A stretch of 64,000 bases of DNA, taken from NCBI GenBank assembly GCA_009781695.1, contig WQVH01000003.1, forward strand, positions 12,535-76,534, in the 5' to 3' direction. A program made the translations under genes and the position numbers. The notes beneath the pieces were generated by a model. The model worked only from the letters and a program-made list of their open reading frames with translations. It ran no database searches and was not told where the DNA came from. Positions 9,439 to 20,700 of the stretch are shown here, piece after piece. This DNA comes from Oscillospiraceae bacterium. Its GTDB lineage: Bacteria > Bacillota > Clostridia > Oscillospirales > Oscillospiraceae. The first letter of the stretch is position 1; every line of letters begins with the position of its first letter.

Positions 9439-10674
9439 ATGGAACATCTGTTAAAATATTGGATCTGGTTATCTATGTTAAAAGGCATAGGTGCAGTCAC
9501 AGCTCTGCGCTTGCTCAATCATTTCGGTTGTCCTGAAAAAGTATTTATGGCTGATCAGGCGCAATACTTTCAAGTTGAGCAAATAACGCTTGATGACATA
9601 CAGCAGTTGTGTAATAAAAATTTGGACAACGCAAATAAAATATTGGCTGACTGTGCACAGATCGGATGTCATATCATAACATATCATGACAAGCAGTATC
9701 CCAACAGGCTCAAAAATATATATGATCCGCCCATACTCCTATATGTTCGAGGCAAGCTCAATATGATTGACGAAGAGCCTGTTGTGGGTATCGTAGGCAC
9801 AAGAGACTGCACGCCCTATGGATTAAATGCCGCTGAAACTATCGGATATGATCTTTCAAACAGGGGTGTAACCGTGGCAACAGGTCTTGCTAAAGGTATT
9901 GATTCAGCCGCCGCACGCGGTGCACTCATGGGCGGCGGACGTGTCGTCGGCATTATTGGCTCAGGCTTGAGTATTGTTTATCCTCCGGAAAATAAGCAAT
10001 TATTTGAAGATGTCGCCATGCATGGGGCAATCATTAGCGAATATCCTCCCAAAACTGCTGCTATAAAATCTCATTTTCCCATGAGGAACAGATTGATTGC
10101 AGGTGTTTCGCTGGGGGTTGCAGTTATAGAAGCGCCCAGACGCAGCGGTGCGCTTATTACAGCGCTACAGGCGCTAGAACAAGGCCGAGACGTTTTTACC
10201 TTGCCCGGAAATATTGATGCCAAAAGCTGTGCAGGATCTAATGCATTGCTTCGGGACGGCGCTATTGCCATGTTGTCTGCAGAAGATATTATCGGTGAAT
10301 ATATCGCTTTATTTCCGAATAAAATCTCTAAAAGTGCTGAAAAAATCAAGCCGCATGTTAATGCAAAGAGAGCCGAAATTGGCTTCGGTGCGGCATTAGA
10401 TACACAACGCAACAAAAGCTTAGATGTTAAAAAAGAGATTGACAAGAAACTTGCGTTAGAATATATTGACCTAGATACAATCATCAGCAAGCTATCCGGA
10501 GATGAAAAAACGATTGCGGAAATGATGAAGTCACGTAAGCTACATATAGACGAAATCATCCAAAAAGCCAATCTGTCAGCACCAAATGTGCTTACGGCAT
10601 TGACAATGCTTGAAATCAAAGGGCATGTGTTGCAAGAAAGTGGAAAGATATTTTCTCTGTCATCTGTAAAATAA
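9439..10674 (+). CDS. dprA: DNA processing protein DprA (Smf)
   Basis: Rossmann-like DprA core (GIVGTRDCTPYG, GLAKGIDSAAARGAL, SGALITA) plus a C-terminal winged-helix segment. ATG at 9439 lies 9 nt after GGAGGAG. Confidence 0.93.
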   Translation: MEHLLKYWIWLSMLKGIGAVTALRLLNHFGCPEKVFMADQAQYFQVEQITLDDIQQLCNKNLDNANKILADCAQIGCHIITYHDKQYPNRLKNIYDPPILLYVRGKLNMIDEEPVVGIVGTRDCTPYGLNAAETIGYDLSNRGVTVATGLAKGIDSAAARGALMGGGRVVGIIGSGLSIVYPPENKQLFEDVAMHGAIISEYPPKTAAIKSHFPMRNRLIAGVSLGVAVIEAPRRSGALITALQALEQGRDVFTLPGNIDAKSCAGSNALLRDGAIAMLSAEDIIGEYIALFPNKISKSAEKIKPHVNAKRAEIGFGAALDTQRNKSLDVKKEIDKKLALEYIDLDTIISKLSGDEKTIAEMMKSRKLHIDEIIQKANLSAPNVLTALTMLEIKGHVLQESGKIFSLSSVK

Positions 10675-10793
10675 AAGTGCAGTATGCAATAACTTCAACG
10701 CAACATGTGAGATCGTGCGGACGTGAGTCCGAAACACGCTAAACCTTTTTCAATAATTTCCGATTTTTAATTTACAAAATGAGGTCTGATTTA

Positions 10794-13124
10794 ATGCCAA
10801 AGAAAAAAAGCAATCTGGTCATAGTTGAGTCGCCTGCAAAGGCCAAAACAATAGGGAAGTATCTGGGCGCTGATTATAAAGTCACTGCATCTATGGGGCA
10901 TCTCAGAGATTTACCCAAGAGCACGCTCGGCGTTGATATAGAGCATGGATTTACGCCCGATTATCAGCCGGTCAAAGCGAGAGAAAGTACAATCAAGGAA
11001 CTCAAAAAAGAAGCAAAAAATAGCGACCATGTCTATCTTGCCACCGACCCCGACCGCGAGGGAGAGGCGATATCATGGCATTTAAAAGAGCTGCTGGAGT
11101 TGCCCGACGCTTCGACATTTCGCGTGACATTTAACGAGATCACGCAAAAAGTTGTACGTGCCAGCATAGAGAATCCACGTGCAATTGACATGGATCTTGT
11201 CAATGCGCAACAAGCAAGGCGTATTTTAGACCGGATCGTTGGATATAAGCTCAGCCCGCTACTTTGGAAGAAAATCCGAAGAGGTCTTTCAGCCGGTAGG
11301 GTTCAGTCAGTCGCTACAAGGATGGTTGCCGATCGAGAGGGTGAGATAAAGCGCTTTATCCCGGAAGAATATTGGCTGTTACATGTTGATTTGCATCCTG
11401 AAAATACCGATGCTGAGAAAGGGCGTTTTTCAGCAGCATTTCACGGTACTGAAAAGGGCAAGCTTGAACTGACCGGGGAAGCTCAGGTAAATGAGATTGT
11501 TGCCGCAGTTAAGGCATCTGCTTTTTCAGTGAACTCTGTAAAGCGTACCGATAAAAAGAGATCTGCATCACCGCCATTTATAACTTCTACATTGCAGCAA
11601 GAAGCTTCGCGCAAGCTCGGCATGGCTCCGCGCAGAACCATGTCTATTGCCCAGCAATTATATGAAGGCGTGGATATACAAGGTGAGGGAACTATAGGTC
11701 TGATCACCTATATGAGAACGGACTCTTTGCGCATTTCGGACGATGCGATGAATCAGGCCAAAGATTTTATCGCTAAAACATATGGAGTAGAATATTATCC
11801 TCCATCTCCCAATAGATATAAATCCAAAAACAATGCCCAAGATGCTCACGAAGCCATACGTCCGAGTGATGTGTTCATCACCCCGGATCGTATCAAAGGC
11901 AGTGTTACAAGTGATCAGCTCAGGTTATACAGACTGATTTGGGGACGCTTTGTAGCCAGCCAGATGGCTGCTGCAATTTATGATTCGATTACTGTGGATA
12001 TCTTATCTGCTCAATATCTCTTCAGAGCGACAAATTCTGTGATCGTATTTCCGGGATTTACTGCGGTTTATGAAGAGGGTCGAGACGATGATAAAGTGCA
12101 AAAGCACTCACCTTTGCCGGCATTGGTAGATGGGGATATGCTCAACCTTATTGATATCAAAGAAGAGCAGAAATTCACACAACCACCGCCGCGTTACACT
12201 GAGGCGACACTGATCCGTGCAATGGAGGAAACAGGTATAGGGCGTCCGAGCACATATGCGCCGACTATTTCGACAATTCTAAGCCGCGAATATGTTGTAA
12301 AAGAGGGCAAGTCTCTGCGCCCCACGCCGCTTGGCGAAGTGGTTACAGATCTTATGAAAGAGCGCTTTGGTGATATTGTTGATTTAAAATTCACAGCCAG
12401 AATGGAAGAACATCTGGATAGTGTAGAAAAAGGAAATGATGACTGGAAGCATGTTTTAGAAGAGTTTTATAATGGGTTTAACACATCTTTGGTCAATGCA
12501 GAAACTGCACTGGAAGGTACCAGGATCAAGGTTCCGGACGAGGTTTCAGACGAGATCTGTGATGTATGTGGTCGTCAGCTCGTCATCAAATCCGGACGTT
12601 TCGGACGCTTTTTAGCCTGTCCGGGTTATCCTGATTGCAGCTTTACCAAGCCGCTCGTCATAGAAATGCCCGGTAAATGTCCGAATTGCGGCTTGAGAAT
12701 ACTCAAACGCACCTCAAAAAACGGCTATACATACTATGCCTGTGAAAATCTAAAAGTCTGCGGATTTTTGACTTGGGATGTGCCTGTTGCTGAAAATTGT
12801 CCGGAATGCGGTCAAACGATGTTTAAAGCTTCGGGCCGGGGGTTTAAAAAGCCGTTTTGCATCAACGAAAAATGTAAAAACTTCTTACCGGAAGATAAGC
12901 GGGGTTATAAGAAAAAGGTCACTACAGACTCAACTGAAGATACCGCTGAGAGTAAAACAACTAAAAAGTCAACGGCGAAAAGCGCTTCTGCCGCCAAGAC
13001 TACCGCAAAAAAATCTGCTTCAAAAAAAACAACAACCAAGAAGACCGCAACTAAAAAAGCAGTATCTAAGAAAGCCACACCTCAATCAAAATCGACAACA
13101 CGAAAGAGCTCAGGTGAGAAATAA
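10794..13124 (+). CDS. topA: DNA topoisomerase I with Zn-ribbon repeats and a Lys/Thr/Ala/Ser-rich tail
   Basis: TOPRIM N-terminus (LVIVESPAKAKTIGKYLG) and the active-site Tyr region (GLITYMRTDS). Three Cys4 ribbons (CDVCG..CPGYPDC, CPNCG..CENLKVC, CPECG..CINEKC). ATG at 10794 follows TGAGGT. Confidence 0.97.
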   Translation: MPKKKSNLVIVESPAKAKTIGKYLGADYKVTASMGHLRDLPKSTLGVDIEHGFTPDYQPVKARESTIKELKKEAKNSDHVYLATDPDREGEAISWHLKELLELPDASTFRVTFNEITQKVVRASIENPRAIDMDLVNAQQARRILDRIVGYKLSPLLWKKIRRGLSAGRVQSVATRMVADREGEIKRFIPEEYWLLHVDLHPENTDAEKGRFSAAFHGTEKGKLELTGEAQVNEIVAAVKASAFSVNSVKRTDKKRSASPPFITSTLQQEASRKLGMAPRRTMSIAQQLYEGVDIQGEGTIGLITYMRTDSLRISDDAMNQAKDFIAKTYGVEYYPPSPNRYKSKNNAQDAHEAIRPSDVFITPDRIKGSVTSDQLRLYRLIWGRFVASQMAAAIYDSITVDILSAQYLFRATNSVIVFPGFTAVYEEGRDDDKVQKHSPLPALVDGDMLNLIDIKEEQKFTQPPPRYTEATLIRAMEETGIGRPSTYAPTISTILSREYVVKEGKSLRPTPLGEVVTDLMKERFGDIVDLKFTARMEEHLDSVEKGNDDWKHVLEEFYNGFNTSLVNAETALEGTRIKVPDEVSDEICDVCGRQLVIKSGRFGRFLACPGYPDCSFTKPLVIEMPGKCPNCGLRILKRTSKNGYTYYACENLKVCGFLTWDVPVAENCPECGQTMFKASGRGFKKPFCINEKCKNFLPEDKRGYKKKVTTDSTEDTAESKTTKKSTAKSASAAKTTAKKSASKKTTTKKTATKKAVSKKATPQSKSTTRKSSGEK

Positions 13125-14434
13125 TGAAAGTGAGTGTAGTTGGCGCAGGTTTGGCCGGATGTGAGGCAGCTTGGCAACTTGCGGAAAATGGTATAAAAGT
13201 AGAACTCTTTGAAATGAAGCCGCAAACCATGTCACCGGCGCATATTTCAACTGACTTTGCAGAGCTTGTATGTTCTAACTCATTGAGGAGTGATGAGTTA
13301 AGTAATGCGGTGGGGCTGCTCAAAGAGGAGATGCGGCGGCTCGGTAGTCTCATTATGCGCTGTGCTGATGCCACACGTATTCCCGCAGGGGGTGCGCTTG
13401 CGGTTGACAGAGTTTCATTTGCACAGATGGTCACCGAGCGCATCAAAAATCATCCGAATATAACCATATCTCACTGTGAAGTAACCGATATACCTCAAGG
13501 GCGTGTCATCATTGCCACAGGCCCGCTCACTGCAGATACGCTTGCCGATAAATTTATACAACTCGTGCCTGACAAGAAAATGCTCAGTTTCTTTGATGCA
13601 GCCGCACCGATTGTCTCATTTGATTCGATTGATATGCACAGTGCGTATTTTGCATCTCGTTATGATAAAGGCACCGCAGATTATATAAACTGCCCATTGA
13701 GCCGTGAGCAATATCTTGACTTTTACAATGAGCTGATTGTTGCTCAAGAGGCGCAGCTTCATGGGTTCGAAGATAAAAAAGTCTTTGAAGGATGTGTGCC
13801 GATAGAAGTAATGGCCAAACGAGGTGAGGACACCATGCGCTATGGTCCGCTCAAACCGGTCGGTCTGCCTGATCCTAAAACCGGTAAAGAGCCTTATGCG
13901 GTGGTGCAGCTTCGCAAAGATAATGCCGAGGGGACACTTTACAACATCGTAGGGTTTCAAACGCATTTAAAATTCCCGGAACAAAAGCGTGTGTTTTCGA
14001 TGATTCCGGCTTTGCAGGACGCAGAGTTTGTTCGTTATGGTGTGATGCACAGAAATACATTTTTAGACGCACCGAAGCTGCTTGACCGTTATAACCGGCT
14101 TAAATCAGACCTGCGTATTAGTTTTGCCGGGCAAATTACCGGAGTTGAGGGATATGTGGAGTCTGCTTCTTCCGGCCTTCTGACCGGACTTGAAACACTC
14201 TGTGAACTCAAGGGGCTTGAAGCAATCAATTTTCCGGAGGAAACTGCAATAGGTTCATTGGCACTGTATACATCGGGCGGATCGGTATCGGATTTTCAAC
14301 CCATGAATGTAAATTTCGGTATCATCAAGCCGCTTGAGCAGAAGATTAAAGGCAAACGCAACAAAAATATAGCGCTTTCTGAAAGAGCGCTAACGATTAT
14401 TGATGAAATTGTTGAGCAAAGGCTTAAAAGTTAA
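13124..14434 (+). CDS. trmFO: methylenetetrahydrofolate--tRNA-(uracil54-C5)-methyltransferase TrmFO (Gid)
   Basis: FAD fingerprint VVGAGLAGCEAAWQLA. 436 aa. Conserved dprA-topA-trmFO order. The start overlaps the topA stop (TAATG). Confidence 0.95.
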   Translation: MKVSVVGAGLAGCEAAWQLAENGIKVELFEMKPQTMSPAHISTDFAELVCSNSLRSDELSNAVGLLKEEMRRLGSLIMRCADATRIPAGGALAVDRVSFAQMVTERIKNHPNITISHCEVTDIPQGRVIIATGPLTADTLADKFIQLVPDKKMLSFFDAAAPIVSFDSIDMHSAYFASRYDKGTADYINCPLSREQYLDFYNELIVAQEAQLHGFEDKKVFEGCVPIEVMAKRGEDTMRYGPLKPVGLPDPKTGKEPYAVVQLRKDNAEGTLYNIVGFQTHLKFPEQKRVFSMIPALQDAEFVRYGVMHRNTFLDAPKLLDRYNRLKSDLRISFAGQITGVEGYVESASSGLLTGLETLCELKGLEAINFPEETAIGSLALYTSGGSVSDFQPMNVNFGIIKPLEQKIKGKRNKNIALSERALTIIDEIVEQRLKS

Positions 14435-14497
14435 AAGCCTCGCAAGTTTTTATGATCGTTTACTTTGTGCTTTACAATTTGGTGATTGGGGGATCAT

Positions 14498-15520
14498 ATG
14501 AAAGTCATTGTAGATGCCATGGGGGGAGACAATGCTCCGGAAGCGATTGTTGAAGGTGCGGTATTGGCTGCGCAGCAGTCGGATATCGATGTTATTTTGG
14601 TTGGCAAGGGAGAACAAATCCTTCGCATTATTGAAGATCTGGGATTTAAAGACATCCCATCCAAAATTGAAATAGTCAATGCAACACAAATTATAGAAAT
14701 TGAAGATGATCCGGCTAATGCATTTAGAACAAAGAGTGATTCGTCTATGAGTGTTGCGCTCAACCTGCTCAGTGAAGGCAGGGGAGATGCTTTGATTTCA
14801 GCAGGCAGCACCGGGGCGCTGTTGTCCGCAGCGACACTCATAGTAAAGCGTGTCAGGGGCATCAGACGCGCTGCACTTGCACCATTTATACCCAACACAC
14901 AAGGTGGGTTTGTGCTCATTGATTGCGGCGCAAATTCAGAGTGTACGCCTGAGTACCTGCTTCAATTTGCGTATATGGGTACTTTTTATGCGCAGGACAT
15001 TATGAAAATAAAATCACCCAGAGTTGGTCTGCTTAACAATGGTGCTGAGCCTACTAAGGGTACTCCATTGCAACTGGCGACTTATGAGCTTCTGGATAAC
15101 GCAGCCAAGTCAAAAACGCTGAATTTCATCGGAAATGTTGAGGCAAAGGAAGCGATGAAGGGCGCCTGTGATGTACTGGTGTGCGATGGATTTACCGGAA
15201 ATATTTTCCTCAAATCTCTGGAAGGCATGGCTTCGCTGATCATGTCTGAGCTTAAGGGCATATACATGCAAAGTGCAAAGACGAAGCTCTCTGCGTTGCT
15301 TATTAGAAAGAACTTATCTCAGCTCAAAGAAAAATTAAATCCCGATGCGATTGGCGGAACTCCGCTTTTGGGCATATCTAAGCCCGTCATAAAAGCGCAC
15401 GGCTCATCTAATGCACTCGCAATTAAAAATGCAATAATTCAAGCCAATTCGGCTGCAAGTGCGCATATCGCAGCTAAGCTTTCTGAGCATATTGCACGTA
15501 TGAAAAGTGCCGATGATTAA
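14498..15520 (+). CDS. plsX: phosphate acyltransferase PlsX
   Basis: N-terminus MKVIVDAMGGDNAP is the family signature. GNIFLK motif present. ATG at 14498 follows GGGGGA. Confidence 0.96.
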   Translation: MKVIVDAMGGDNAPEAIVEGAVLAAQQSDIDVILVGKGEQILRIIEDLGFKDIPSKIEIVNATQIIEIEDDPANAFRTKSDSSMSVALNLLSEGRGDALISAGSTGALLSAATLIVKRVRGIRRAALAPFIPNTQGGFVLIDCGANSECTPEYLLQFAYMGTFYAQDIMKIKSPRVGLLNNGAEPTKGTPLQLATYELLDNAAKSKTLNFIGNVEAKEAMKGACDVLVCDGFTGNIFLKSLEGMASLIMSELKGIYMQSAKTKLSALLIRKNLSQLKEKLNPDAIGGTPLLGISKPVIKAHGSSNALAIKNAIIQANSAASAHIAAKLSEHIARMKSADD

Positions 15521-15608
15521 TGAATATGCGATTTTGAATTTTGCATAAACGGATATCTATCTGACCAAGCCGATGGAGGAAATTTTTCATCAGGCCAAAG
15601 AGGAATTT

Positions 15609-16304
15609 ATGAAACAACCGCAGCTTGAAGTATTGATGTCACAGCTTAATTACACCTTTAAAAACACGGCTTTGCTTGAGGTTGCCCTGACGCACAGTTC
15701 ATATGCCAATGAAAATCAGTCCAAAGGCATACCCAGCAATGAAAGGCTTGAGTTTCTCGGTGATGCAGTGCTTGGGGTAACTGTTTCCAAATTACTTTAT
15801 GACAGTGCCGCAAACTTACCGGAAGGCCGCATGACCAAACTCAGGGCGGAGCTTGTGTGCGAGGCCAGCCTGACATCCATAGCGCATAAACTAGATCTGG
15901 GACAGTATATAAAACTGGGCAAAGGTGAGGAAAAAGGCGGTGGACGCAAACGTCCATCTATTCTTGCGGATGCGGTTGAAGCGGTTATTGCTGCAATTTA
16001 TCTTGATGGCGGCTTTGCACCGGCAGCTCAATTGATTGAAAGATTTCTGTCAGTGGATTCCAATCAATTTTTGCAGAAAAACACCGATTACAAAACGGCA
16101 TTACAGGAGCTGATTCAGGTCAATCCCGGTCAATTGATTTCATATCAAATCAAAGGTGAAAGTGGCCCTGATCATATGAAGGTATTTACTGTTGAAGTGC
16201 TGCTCAATGATGTAACAATCGGCCTTGGGGAAGGCAAAAGCAAGAAGTTAGCAGAACAGATGGCCGCAAAAGCGGCACTTTTGAAAATGCATGAGCACTC
16301 CTAA
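15609..16304 (+). CDS. rnc: ribonuclease III
   Basis: RNase III signature NERLEFLGDAVL and a C-terminal dsRBD (KSKKLAEQMAAKAAL). ATG at 15609 follows AAGAGGAA. The ATG at 15573 lacks an RBS. Confidence 0.96.
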   Translation: MKQPQLEVLMSQLNYTFKNTALLEVALTHSSYANENQSKGIPSNERLEFLGDAVLGVTVSKLLYDSAANLPEGRMTKLRAELVCEASLTSIAHKLDLGQYIKLGKGEEKGGGRKRPSILADAVEAVIAAIYLDGGFAPAAQLIERFLSVDSNQFLQKNTDYKTALQELIQVNPGQLISYQIKGESGPDHMKVFTVEVLLNDVTIGLGEGKSKKLAEQMAAKAALLKMHEHS

Positions 16305-17325
16305 ACGCCGTATTATTCCTATATTTATTCCGCACTCCGGCTGTACTCATGAGTGCGTCTTTTGCAATCAAAATCGCATTTCCGGTGCACTTGCTCCGGC
16401 CATTTCTTCAGATGTTCAAAAGATATTTTTCACTGCAACGGAGCATATAAAGCATGAAGACATCGACACCTATGAAATAGAGATTGCATTTTATGGCGGG
16501 AGTTTTACTGCGCTGCCGGAAGTACAGCAAAATGACCTGCTTTGTACGGCACATGAGCTGTTGTCAAACTTTCCTCATGGAGCAATAAGATTATCAACCA
16601 GGCCGGACTGTGTTGATCAAGTCACAGTCTTGCGGTTAAAGAAATATGGCGTGAGCACTATTGAACTTGGAGCGCAGTCGATGTGCGATGAGGTGCTTGC
16701 GCTGTCACGTCGCGGACATACGTCAAATGATGTCAAGACGGCATCACAAATCATAAAGTCAGCAGGGATAGCTCTGGTTATACAGATGATGACCGGGCTC
16801 CCCGGAGATGATTTTGACAAATCCGTATATACTGCGCGGCAGATATCATCGCTCAAACCTGATGGGGTCAGAATATATCCAACAGTAGTCGTATCGGATA
16901 CCAAGCTCTATGAAATGTATTGCACAGGGTCTTATAAAGAACATTCTGTAAAAGAGGCTGTCGCACTTTGTCAAGTGCTGGCGTTGATATTCGAAGATGC
17001 GCAAATTCCAATTATTCGGTTGGGATTAAATCCGACCGACGAGCTGAGCGGCGGTCAGGCGGTTGCGGGTGCATATCATCCTTCATTTGGGGAACTTGTG
17101 TATTCTGGGATATTATACCATATCGTTGCGGCTCAGCTTCAAGACATACCCAAAGACAGCGATATCGAGATCATCGTACCTCAGGGACAGACATCAAAAA
17201 TGATAGGCCAACATCGGTGTAATATGATAGCGCTTCAAAAGGAGTTTTGCATACGTTCTGTTCAAGTTATTGAAGCAGCGGATTTATTCAAATTAAGTGA
17301 CACAAAAACAAGGCGTGTGAATTAA
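16291..17325 (+). CDS. radical SAM protein (Elp3/HemN-like family, function unassigned)
   Basis: CxxxCxxC cluster motif CTHECVFCNQ near the N-terminus, within a TIM-barrel-like radical SAM core. Overlaps the rnc end by 14 nt. Confidence 0.85.
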   Translation: MSTPKRRIIPIFIPHSGCTHECVFCNQNRISGALAPAISSDVQKIFFTATEHIKHEDIDTYEIEIAFYGGSFTALPEVQQNDLLCTAHELLSNFPHGAIRLSTRPDCVDQVTVLRLKKYGVSTIELGAQSMCDEVLALSRRGHTSNDVKTASQIIKSAGIALVIQMMTGLPGDDFDKSVYTARQISSLKPDGVRIYPTVVVSDTKLYEMYCTGSYKEHSVKEAVALCQVLALIFEDAQIPIIRLGLNPTDELSGGQAVAGAYHPSFGELVYSGILYHIVAAQLQDIPKDSDIEIIVPQGQTSKMIGQHRCNMIALQKEFCIRSVQVIEAADLFKLSDTKTRRVN

Positions 17326-17536
17326 TCAGCGCTTACCAAGCGGGTAGCAATGTCGTTATGGCGTGAAATGATATGGATACGAGCCGCTTTTTGTATAAAA
17401 TAAAAAGTATCTGGACAATTTTAGTCCAATTGTGTACAATATTGCAGTGTACCGAATGTGGTTTCTTGGATAATCATACAGGTTTTTTGTACTTTCAAAA
17501 AAATTTGAAAAAAAGAGAGCAAACCGCAACACTTTG

Positions 17537-17545
17537 TGCTATACT
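17537..17545 (+). promoter_or_regulatory. possible extended -10 promoter element for the S15 peptidase gene
   Basis: TGcTATACT matches the TGnTATAAT class. There is no good -35. It would give a leader of about 205 nt. Confidence 0.35.
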
Positions 17546-17755
17546 AGACTTTAATGCATTTGCACATTAATGTTTTACTTCGGTAATGGAATGCATTGAT
17601 TTCTAATTTTTAAGAAAGCGTGGTGATTTTTTGTATGGAGAAGGTCGTTTGACGCTGAGTGGTTATTTCGAATACGATATATCCGGTAGCGCACACGCAA
17701 AATAAACCGCAATTCCCAAAAATAAACTATGTATCATTATTTTATGGAGGCAAAA

Positions 17756-20700
17756 ATGCGAATACAAGATTTTAAAAGAAAAAGCGTAGCCTTATTGCTT
17801 ACAATGCTCATACTTGTTTCAACAGGCGTAACAGCTTTTGCACAGGACAATATGCCTTGGGAACCTGAGTCATTAGACATTGCAGCATTTGATGCGAATC
17901 TAACACTTGAGGAAGTCAGGGCAACGGTGGCGTTTTTACAAAGAACAATCACAGCCACATCAGCAGATCGAGTTCCTCTCGGTATTTACTGGGTGACCCC
18001 GGCATTTATGGATAGCTTTAATTCGGCAGTTGCACCATTTATGCCGCCAGTTCCACAAGCAGCTCTAATGACAATGGCTTTTGATGAGCCTTTCGAAGAG
18101 CCTGAGTACTTTGCCCCTGATTCAGGCGTCGGTCCGCAAGCTTTAACTCAAGAAGATACCATCGAAGCAAGCGATCTGGAAGCAGAGGCTTTTGCCGTAT
18201 TGGCCACATGGTTTGCAAATCCGGAAGCCATGATTGCAGAGGCAAGTGATGATATCGTGGTCATAATGCTCAGTGCAGCAGTAAATCACTTTAAATCTAC
18301 AAGGCAAACAGGCACTCTTCCTGCATCAGAATCATTTATCAGAAATGTAGCACTGTTCCCTGAGCTATGGTGTTCAGAAACATTGCGTACGGCACCTGCT
18401 TTCCAGTGGACAGGCAACAATACACATGATCTTGTGGGCACGACATGGAACGAAAGACCTGATCGTGACAATGATTTCAATATCGTTGAAGAAGTATTTA
18501 TTGAGCTGCCGATTGATACGGATGGTGATGGCAGACGTGACCTCATCCGTGCTACTGTGCGCCGTCCAATCGAATCAGAGCGCTATACGGACTTGAGAAT
18601 TCCGGCGTTTTTGGAAACAAGCCCTTATAGAGAAGGTACATTGGGTCTTACAGTTATTGACGTTACAACTCCAATGTTTGCAACGCCTGACACCTCTCAT
18701 TATACCTATGCAGATGTCACAAGCCTATTGCCGCGTGCTGCCGATTGGCCGTGGGATAGAGCGGAGGCAATACACTGGAACCGTGATACACAACAGTGGA
18801 ATGTGGGTGTACAACCGGCCACTCGCGATATCGGTGTAATTCCGGCTGCCAGACCGGCAGTTGCGTCTGAAAATGTAGTTACACGCGGCAATCCTGTTCC
18901 GGTAACAGCAGCTGCCGGCGGTGGTCATGTAAATCATGGCGGTAACTTTGCATCATATATGTTTGTGCGCGGTTATGCCGTTGTGACAACCAATACAGTA
19001 GGTAATGTATTTGCTGATGGATTTACCTCTACAGGCGGTATATGTGAAACATTATCCGCAGTAGCTGCAATTAAATGGCTCAATGGTGAAGCCAGAGCCT
19101 TTACATGCCAAGATGCGATCTATGAAGTTGATGCGACCAGTTGGTCTAATGGCATGGTCGCCATGTCCGGAGCTTCTTACAACGGAACATTACCGATCGC
19201 CGCTGCCGCTACCGGAGTAGAAGGTCTCGGACTAATTATTCCGCAGGTTGCAATTTCCAATTGGTACTACTATCATCGTGGTAGTGGTACAGTGATTTAT
19301 CCGGGTCGTAACAACAACTGGCATGCCGGATTCCCCGGAGAAGAAGCTTCTGATCTGGCTCTGATTTGCTTTACCCGCAGAAGAACTGATGGCGCTGCAC
19401 TCAATGCAATTGCCAGAGAGATTCCATCGTTTATGCGTTTCCACGCTCCTGCCAATGACCCTATATTTGGCAACGAAGGTGTACAACTGAGAGCAAATGC
19501 CGATGCGCATTGGGCTGATATGATTGCCGCTGAAGATATCTACTCCGGCAACTATAACCGCTTCTGGGATGAGCGCAATTATCTGGCAACTGCTGATAGG
19601 ATTACTGCCGGTATCATCATGCAGCATGCATTGGGTGACTTCAATGTCATGCCCAGACATTTTGATACGCTCTTGCGTGCTGTCGCTGCACATTCGGATG
19701 CTGAAATGAGAACGGTACTCTTCCGTGGCGGACATGGTGGTTTCCACACCCATGGTGCAGTGTTCGACTGGCAGCACCTATGGTTTGATCATTTCTTAAA
19801 TGGCGTTGCCAATAATGCGCTGGACATGCCAACCATTCAGATCCAAAGCAGCATCACCGGTCAATATGAAGCATTTGACACTTGGCCGATTCCGGGTTCT
19901 GTCTACAGAAGATACTTCCTCAATCCACCGGCAGATATTGATGAAAGCGCAGCCGGTTCTTTGAGCTTTGGTGTTCCGGCAGCTCATGAATTTACGATTC
20001 AAGATGCTTGGGATAATAGCAGACTAAGCTGGAATAGTACCGGTATTCCGCCGGTCGGAGCACAGTATGTCAATGCTGCCTTTATAGACCGTACGCACGG
20101 TGCAGGCGCACAAACAGGCGGACGTCCTCAACTGCTCTTTGACTGGGAAAGTGCATTGTTTAATGTAAATGATCTGGACACCCCTAGCTCTGAACGTCTT
20201 GTGTTCGTAACTGAAATCACTGAAAATGTCAGAGTGAGCGGAACAATCGTAGCCAGTATTGAAGCAGCCTCCGATGTACCATGGGGTAATATTACCGCAT
20301 CTTTGGTTGAAATACGCCCGCAGGATCGCGGACGTATCTTTACTACGACCTCTGCCATCAGTGCAATACCTGCACAAAATGGTGCACCGGGATTCAATAT
20401 TGTAAATCCTACGGCACCAACAACCCCATCCGGCACTAATTTCTGGCATGAGTACAAAAAAATCACTATGGGTCACGCTGATATCCAAAATCCAAACCAA
20501 GATGCAGACGAAATCATCCGTGTTGCTGATTTCCATGCTGTTGCTCCCGGATTTGAAAATATCACGCGCGGGCGTACATACATGGAAGCACTGGAAACCA
20601 GCATGATCCCCGCCTACTACTACAGAAGTATTGTTCCGGCAGCAGGTGAGTTCCATACTTACATTCTATCATTTGAAGTCATGGATTGGGAATTTAGAGC

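Noticed and set aside
10071-10619. 182-aa ORF antisense to dprA
   Set aside because: It lies entirely inside a confidently identified gene on the opposite strand. The product is low-complexity and Ser/Ile/Ala-rich, with no RBS and no family resemblance. This is a typical shadow ORF.
12778-13164. 128-aa highly basic +1-frame ORF over the topA tail and trmFO start
   Set aside because: It is an artefact of the AAR-rich repetitive tail coding sequence, and it would overlap two solid genes in the same direction.
15521-15608. Missing acpP/fab genes between plsX and rnc as a deletion or pseudogene
   Set aside because: The gap is 88 nt with no ORF remnant. Gene order simply differs from Bacillus, and there is no evidence of decay.
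17373-17570. 65-aa ORF in the gap upstream of the S15 peptidase gene
   Set aside because: No RBS, odd composition, and it overlaps the candidate promoter. It is more likely non-coding leader or promoter DNA.
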